A stretch of DNA of 64,000 bases from Selaginella moellendorffii. Taxonomy: Eukaryota > Plantae > Lycopodiophyta. Position numbers and translations under genes: made by a program. This document shows positions 57,353 through 64,000 of the stretch, one piece after another. Each line of letters opens with the position of its first letter. The stretch's first letter is position 1. The stretch covers positions 1,854,293 through 1,918,292 of the forward strand of contig NW_003314289.1 of the NCBI RefSeq assembly GCF_000143415.4, written 5' to 3'. The notes beneath the pieces are model-generated. The model was not told the origin of the DNA, did not search any database, and worked only from the letters and a program-made list of their open reading frames with translations.

Positions 57353-60300
57353 TTAGTTTCTTTTTCTTTGGCTTGTTCGTCGCAAGTCTTTGGCGACAAG
57401 TCGTTGGTATCCATCTTTCAGGCTGTAGAAACACGAATGGAAATCACTGGAACAATGTGTTTGATCGGCTTCGCTTACCTTGGCATTGCAGTGAAGAGAC
57501 CAACCACACAGACGCCAATGAGCACGGGAAGTACTGGAGGAGCATTTAAATCCTGGACCGCAATCACACTTGTCACGAGAGAGACGAAAATGTTTAGTTT
57601 CCCGTCTCACCTGCTTGTGATGGTATTCCTCCGCATAAAACTTGACGGAGTTTAAGAATATATCGTTGCGCTTGGCAAAATCAACCTCGAGAACATCCGA
57701 GTGAAACTTGTGCGTCTGCACGACCATCTTGGAAACAAGCCGCAACCTGTACTGTCCCCTCGGAAGACCTTGAATCTCAAAGAAGCTGGAAAGCGGCAAA
57801 GGTACCTCCCTTTCAATCTTCGCTGGTTCTGAGATGCTGGCCACCTCCACGGATATGTGCGGTTGCCATTTCTCAAGATCACTTCCCTCGACGAGGCCAG
57901 AGAGCACAGTCGCCAAGCTGTGCTCAAAAGCCACGAAGTTGATTGAGCTGGTGTCCTTGGTGGAGATCTAAGGAGCAGACAATGGAGCTTACTTTTGGAA
58001 GAATCTCACGAAAAGGTTTTCGTACCTCTACTGGATAAACGCTTGGAGACGCACGTTCAAGTCTGGGAGGACCGTCTACTTCCTCTTTCACGACCACCTT
58101 GACGTTATACGTTGTATTGGGCACAAGTCCTCTTAGTCGGTATTTTCCATCAGCATCGGTTGCGGTTTCTTCATAATAAAGACCAGAGACAGAACGTGCC
58201 TCCACAGTGACGCCTTCTTCTGGTTTCCCAGTTAGGGAGGAGACTCTTCCATAAATGCTACAGAGCAGAAGCAAAATCGTCACCGAAGGAGTTCACATGA
58301 AAAGTTCGACATCAATTAACCTGTAAGCAGTTCTCCGGGCAATAAAGGTTGTCTCTAAAGTTGCACCAGACAAGAGTTCCAAGGCTTGAGCAGGCGGACT
58401 AAAACTATACTCCTGTAAAGATGTAAAGATTCATTCACGAGATAGCACCAGAAGGACGAGTACCTTAAGCAGAGGTCGCAGGTAAAAACTGCCAGGAAAC
58501 ATGCCGTCGAAAGCGAACTTGCCTCCCGGCGGCGCGACAGCGTTCTTCCTGTATCCATCGTCTCCGCTCAGCGAAAGAAGAACGGACGGAAGAATCTCCT
58601 CGGCGCCGTCCCCAGCAATGATGTTTACGAGGATCTGAGCAAGCTTCTGACAATGAAAAGAGTTCTTTCCAAAGGGCTTGAAATGGTATCCTTGCTGAGA
58701 GAGACACATATCAATAATCACAGGCTCTGAAATAATCCAGGACGAACCTTGTCCGCATGAACCATGTACTGGGTGTCGTCATAAAGAGGACCAGCTGCGA
58801 AAACGCCATCGTCTCCTGTTAGTACTTTCATAGCCACTTCTCCTGCTTTTAAACGGCCGATTTTGCTTTCTTTTTCTGCAGTTATCACAATGTTCACTGC
58901 CTCCAGTGCAGGAACAATGCTCCCGGTTACGTACACAGCCGGTCGTCCAGCAAAACTAGGTACTTGCGGTTGACAGCCATCCACAGCCACAGTGGCCTGA
59001 TTATACAAATTGAAAGCTTACGATCAACACAACTGAAAATAAAATGTGGCTTACGTTTTGCTCTCGAGGATAGAATAGAAGAATTTGCTCCGATTGATTT
59101 TGGTCTCTGTTTCATACACAGCAATATTAGCAATCGAAGTTTGGAAGACGCATACCTGGCATATCGTGGGACGAAACTAAGAGCATCCCCGAGACGGGCC
59201 CAATAGACATACTCATAGACTGCAATGGGACTTGTTTCGTTGGCTTCAGAGAAAAGGTGAGCGTGGATATTGGCAATAGGCTTCCCGTCTTTAGCGTTCC
59301 AAACCTCGACCAGCAACTTCTGTTCCAGTTTGTTTGCTCCAGGATATAAGGGAGAGTATACGTCAATGTGTCCGCTTAAAAGATATTTCTCGGCAACCAA
59401 ATTGATACGCTGCAAGACAGAGATGAAACTCAAAGCCTTAGACACTCCCAACTGCGCGACATACCCTTGGATTGGATGTGTCAAATGAGAAAATGGGAGC
59501 ACCAAAAGAAACACAAGCCCAGAGAAAGTGCAATTCGTGTATTCCAGGACTTTCTACGCATACTTTCTGCCACCCGCTCTGCAAGAAACAAGAAGATGAT
59601 CACAAAGACAATAAAAAAGGCACCGACCGTGATTTCCAAGGGAACCGGGTCTTTGTTGTCGTGAACAATAAACGCTTTGGTTGGATGAGTAGCCTTGATG
59701 CGAAGCCAGTATCCTTTTTGAACAAATACGATGTCTTCGATATCGCTAGAAGTGACATCCACACTGACTACCTTTTGTTCCCAGCACCATTCATCGTCTC
59801 CAAGTCCTCCTTCTTTGGTCACCTGGAAAAGAAAATTACGCATGCTTCAGACCATGTTAACCCGGCATTACTTACTTCGAGCTTATATTGTCCCGGAAGA
59901 ACATTCTCAAATTTGAAATGGTTCTGGGTATCAGTCAGTTGATATACTATTTTGTCGCCTCCCTGAGTATCGACGAGCACAATGGATATCCCAGGGCTGC
60001 ATTGGGATTTGCACATCACGTGTCCAGAGATACTGACTTGAGCCTAAACATTGCCTTTAGAGTTTCTGCGAAACAAAGGAAAGCCTATACCTGTAAGAAG
60101 ACAATATCAACTACTGGCGCAGCAACGACAACATCCAAGTGCTGTGGAGAAAATAATAGTCCTGTTTTCTGCTCAGCAGCGGTAGCAATGGGCGAAAGAC
60201 GATATTCACCAGGCGGGACCTGTGGAGAACAAAATAGTCAGCCATCCATGCTGGACAACACGAACCTCAAAGCAGAAGTTCCCATCTTCATCAACACGCT

Positions 60301-62289
60301 TGGTCTGAGGCTTCACGTCAGAGGGTCCATGAGTCAGAGCGACTTGCCGCTGCAAATACCACCGTCAAGATCAAAAAGTAAGAATCAAACTAATCTCACT
60401 CTTCCGTATTGGCCAGCAACACGAACTGAGCCGCAAAGTTGATACTGTGATGCCTGAATACTGGGAATCGACGCCATGTTGGGTAAAACCTGCCCGTCAA
60501 AAGAAGGAAAAACAATCAGTTGTCTTGAGAACTCAAATGTGTACCATAAAATCCTTCAGTGACGTAAACTGGTAGTGCTCTTTTGCGGCTGTGATGTTGT
60601 ACCTAGTTGAAGTTACCTGTTTGGATGACAAGAGAAGTCATAAGACTTCAAAAATTATTCAATCATACTTGATCAAGCTTGTAGAAACCATTTGCATCAG
60701 TAATAGCCCGCTCCACGCTGTCAATATATATTTTGACTTTTGCGATGCCATGCCCATTGCTGTCAATAACTCGTCCGCCAACAGAAAATCCCGTAACCTG
60801 TAAGTTTCAGCGAGGTGAGAAATTCTGGTTGCTCTGTCTAGTACCTGGAAACCTTCTTCAACGAAAATTGACTGATGAGCGACTGATATATCAAGAGCAG
60901 CAGGAGAAACACCAAAGATTGTGTTTTCTCCCTTGTAGAAAGGCACAAGATTGTACGAGCCTGTTCCATGTTTTCTAGAATTAACTTGTCAAACGTGCAA
61001 GCTTGGCATACCACAAGGAACGTGCGCAAACTTGAATCTCCCTTCGACGTCGGATGTAGCATGGCAAAGCGCTTGCTCAGACAACGGAGATTTACCAGGC
61101 CCTTGAGGACATTCCATATCCTTAACGTCACTAGAGTGCAAGAAAACTTGCACACCCAAAACCGGAATTCCCTGCCAGTACGAGATCAGCAGAACGAACA
61201 GTGACCAAGGCATTATCATGTACCTTAGACATCACACGACCTTCAACGTCGTAGCCAGGGATCATAAAAATATTGTCCACCTCTCCCATGCCCCATCGTA
61301 GTTGAACCTGACGAAGTTGAAGGAAAACAATAACGCATGACAGCTGATCGAAATGAGCTTACTTCGTTTGATCCAATCACGTTGATATCAAGACGGGGAT
61401 GGTGTGCTTCTATTCTGTAAGTGCCTGTAACACAAAAACGTTTTTGAAACGGAAACAGAGGCTGGATCATACCTATCAAAAGGTTGTTAAACTCGTAGGC
61501 ACCACCGATTCCTGTCGTCACCGAGTGATTGCTGGGAGAATCACCAGGTCCAATCACAGACACTGTTACTCCAGCAGGACCAGCCCCATTTTCCTTACAG
61601 CTTGGACCGCCAGCTCCCACAACTTTACCAGCAAGCGTGAAGCTAGAAAACAGGGTTTAAGAAGAATATGATTTGTGAAGTATAGCTACCCAGTATAGTG
61701 GAAATTTATGTCCGCATTTCCGTTGCAACCATGCTGATCAACAAGAACTGGCACCTGAGCACAAAAACGCGATCCTGAGTTATGAAGAAAAGGAAAAAAA
61801 AATACGGGAGAGAAAACCTGTGAGGGAGTAAATGACCATCCAGTAGGGCCTTGAACCTTAAGAAGGTACGAGCCCTGCGAAAGAACGCTGATCAATCAAT
61901 CCCTTTTTTGCTTCTGGTGTGGATGTACCTTCTCGTAGATTGGAAGGAAGTAGTAGCCATTTGGAGCACACTGAGTCTGATCTTTGACGAGTCCTTCTAG
62001 TGTGTGAAGCTTAAGCTGCATTGGATTGGAAGCTCTGTCACGAATTTGGAAGCAAAGGAAGCTTGCGTGCTCACGGTTATGTGCGAGTAGTCGAGCTTGG
62101 GATCTGACGCTTTGCGCAATCTTGCCAATGCGGGACTTGCCTGTAGGTAGATCGTGAATGGAGATCACAGAGAAATGCGCGACATACCTCGACGAATCCA
62201 CCACAGCCGACAATGTCGTCGGTAGCAGCTGCCAGATGGATGAGCGCAGGCACGAGCAGGAGGAGCGCCTCGATCGCGACGAGCGCCAT
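57353..62289 (-). CDS. NOMO: Nodal modulator (NOMO)-like ER type-I membrane protein, many exons
   Basis: Signal peptide then GCGGFVE; LHTLEGLVKDQTQCAPNGYYFLPIY; GPTGWSF; GCNGNADINFHYTG; GKYRLRGLVP; C-terminal TM segment and basic tail. Confidence 0.92.
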
Positions 62290-62599
62290 CGCCCGGAGTT
62301 TAGGGCTCAAGAAGGGCTTTTAGCCGCTTATTAAGATTCCACCATTTAGTATTTAATTCATGCTACGGGAGAGTAAAGAACAAGGGAGCTGCATTTCTGG
62401 GAATGGGAATGTTGGTGCTTTTAACTTGCACCACAACAGTGATGGTGATTTCAAATTTCTCTCTGGTCATGCTCGAACAGTGGAGATTTTCTAGCAACAT
62501 GCAAGGGGGCTTTATATCACCAGCATGAAGAAAATGGACCAAATTACCCTCACAGCAAAGACGTATTTAGGCCGAGCTTTCTCACGCTCTAATATATTA

Positions 62600-64000
62600 T
62601 ATCTGTAGGTATCAAGAGGTTAAAGATCAACACCTGTATCGCCAACAAATTTGGTGCCTAATTCTTCTGCTGACCAAAACGATATATGAATGAACTAGAA
62701 CTTGCTCTTTGAGTTAGAGGCAAGGAGGACATGCTTCGAGCTTCTGGGAGCAAAACCGCAGCATGATCCACAGGAGAGGGCGCAGGGCTCTGGAACCTGG
62801 ACACGAGAATCTCGGGTATAAACATCATCAAGCTGCATAGGAATCTAAGGTAGAGGATAGAAGGTGGGCAGGCCGCATTCAAATACTCTTAGTGTGGAGC
62901 TCTTCTAGCATGTCCATGAATGCCAAGCCATGAAAGGCCGTTAGGCCAGCATGTATATCCTTGAAATATTCATACAGAACCATTCAGCCGAAACCAGCCA
63001 AAAGTGCACGAAAACCATTTGGCTAGCCGAATGGTTTTTAGAGCACCTGCTAATCGAGCAGGTTCGTTGTTCTTCGTGTTCTTTAGGTCTCTATTCATGT
63101 CTCGTAGTTTTTCACCTCGATATCTTACCTTAAGGTTATAAATCCTAATGACTGTGTCTCTAACCAACTTGGTGAGCTCCAATCTTTGTTCTCCAAGTGT
63201 CTAGGCAATACATATTACCATACACTAACGGTTGAGATTGGAATTACAAATGGGAAGCTCCACTCGCAATAAGGAGATCGCGAGGGGATGACGGTGTGGC
63301 TGTGAAACGGGAGCGGCATCCAGATTGAGCTTGGAGTTGGGGGCCTGGCTATGGCATTGCTGGGCCCTGTTCACGGTCGATAACATTTTGACTCTCCTCC
63401 CTCTTTCATCGCTCTCTTGTGATTTTTCATCTGTACTTCTCTTCTTGATTCCACCTCCAAAAGCATGATCTGGGGAGTTCTCGTCCATTAATTACTCGCT
63501 TTCTTGACCATGCTTTTCTGAAAAAAAGATACAACTTTAAAGAGTTGTTTCGTTCCAAGCAAGCTCATAACTGGCTATACCCACTCACCTCCTGAAATGC
63601 AAGGTTCACCCTGCACGCGCCCTGGCCTGGAACGTCGTGTCCCACTTCTGGATTAGCCGCTCGAGTCACTACTCCCCATGTCCTTTCCCCTCGGGGCCCT
63701 CCGGTTCTGTGTTCCGGTGCTTGTCTTGCATTGGCCCTGCTCCCTTGGGCACCTTCTCGTCAAAGTTTTCGAGATCCAAGCTGCTGCCTCGTGTCTTGTG
63801 GGCTTCGATTCCCTTCTCCGGCTGCATGGTTGGCCGTTGCTCGGGGCTGCTTGGGCTCCCCTTTCCTCAGCCATCACCTTGAGGCTGCTAATCTGGGCCT
63901 TCACTGTCTCCTCTTCCTCAACCGCAAACTCGCATCCCATGATGTTGGTCCCCTCTCTGAGTTCCCAAGAGCATCCCGTCTCTGGCTCCTGCGTCTCCTA
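62600..64000 (-). mobile_element. Possible decayed non-LTR retroelement
   Basis: A minus-strand fragment YTRDSR..CALSCGSCCGFAPRSSKHVLL loosely resembles the LINE C-terminal zinc-knuckle region. Many stops, and no RT motif was found. Confidence 0.22.

Overview
Eukaryotic, gene-dense plant nuclear DNA with very short introns (about 48-90 nt) and tiny intergenic gaps. This architecture, the S-motif-rich PLS PPR gene and the intronless EMS1-type receptor suggest an early-diverging vascular plant such as the lycophyte Selaginella (inference, not verified). Recognisable genes: an inverted pair of TPR+SET (SMYD-like) genes around a degenerate RibB/DHBP-synthase-fold gene, ORTHRUS/VIM, a sucrose transporter, LACS, a large coiled-coil protein, MSBP, proteasome beta-2 (PBB), CPL1-type CTD phosphatase, a PLS-E PPR, a divergent RRP45-like fusion, PSRP1, an intronless SF3B2-like gene, a second coiled-coil protein, EMS1-like LRR-RLK, a FAS1 protein, organellar ThrRS, a stand-alone PIP-kinase domain, a PGM-like phosphatase, an F-box pair and NOMO. 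The most unusual observations are: (1) the SET / pseudo-RibB / SET module at 2.5-6.6 kb; (2) a patchwork of neighbouring-gene fragments at 52.9-55.9 kb that contains a near-perfect 43-bp foldback hairpin; (3) a PPR gene that carries a copied PSRP1 last exon 17 nt upstream of its ATG; (4) co-oriented genes packed too tightly for separate UTRs and promoters. No rRNA, tRNA or CRISPR array was seen. Exon boundaries were read by eye and need RNA-seq confirmation. I cannot show that any of these is a new biological system; they are candidates.
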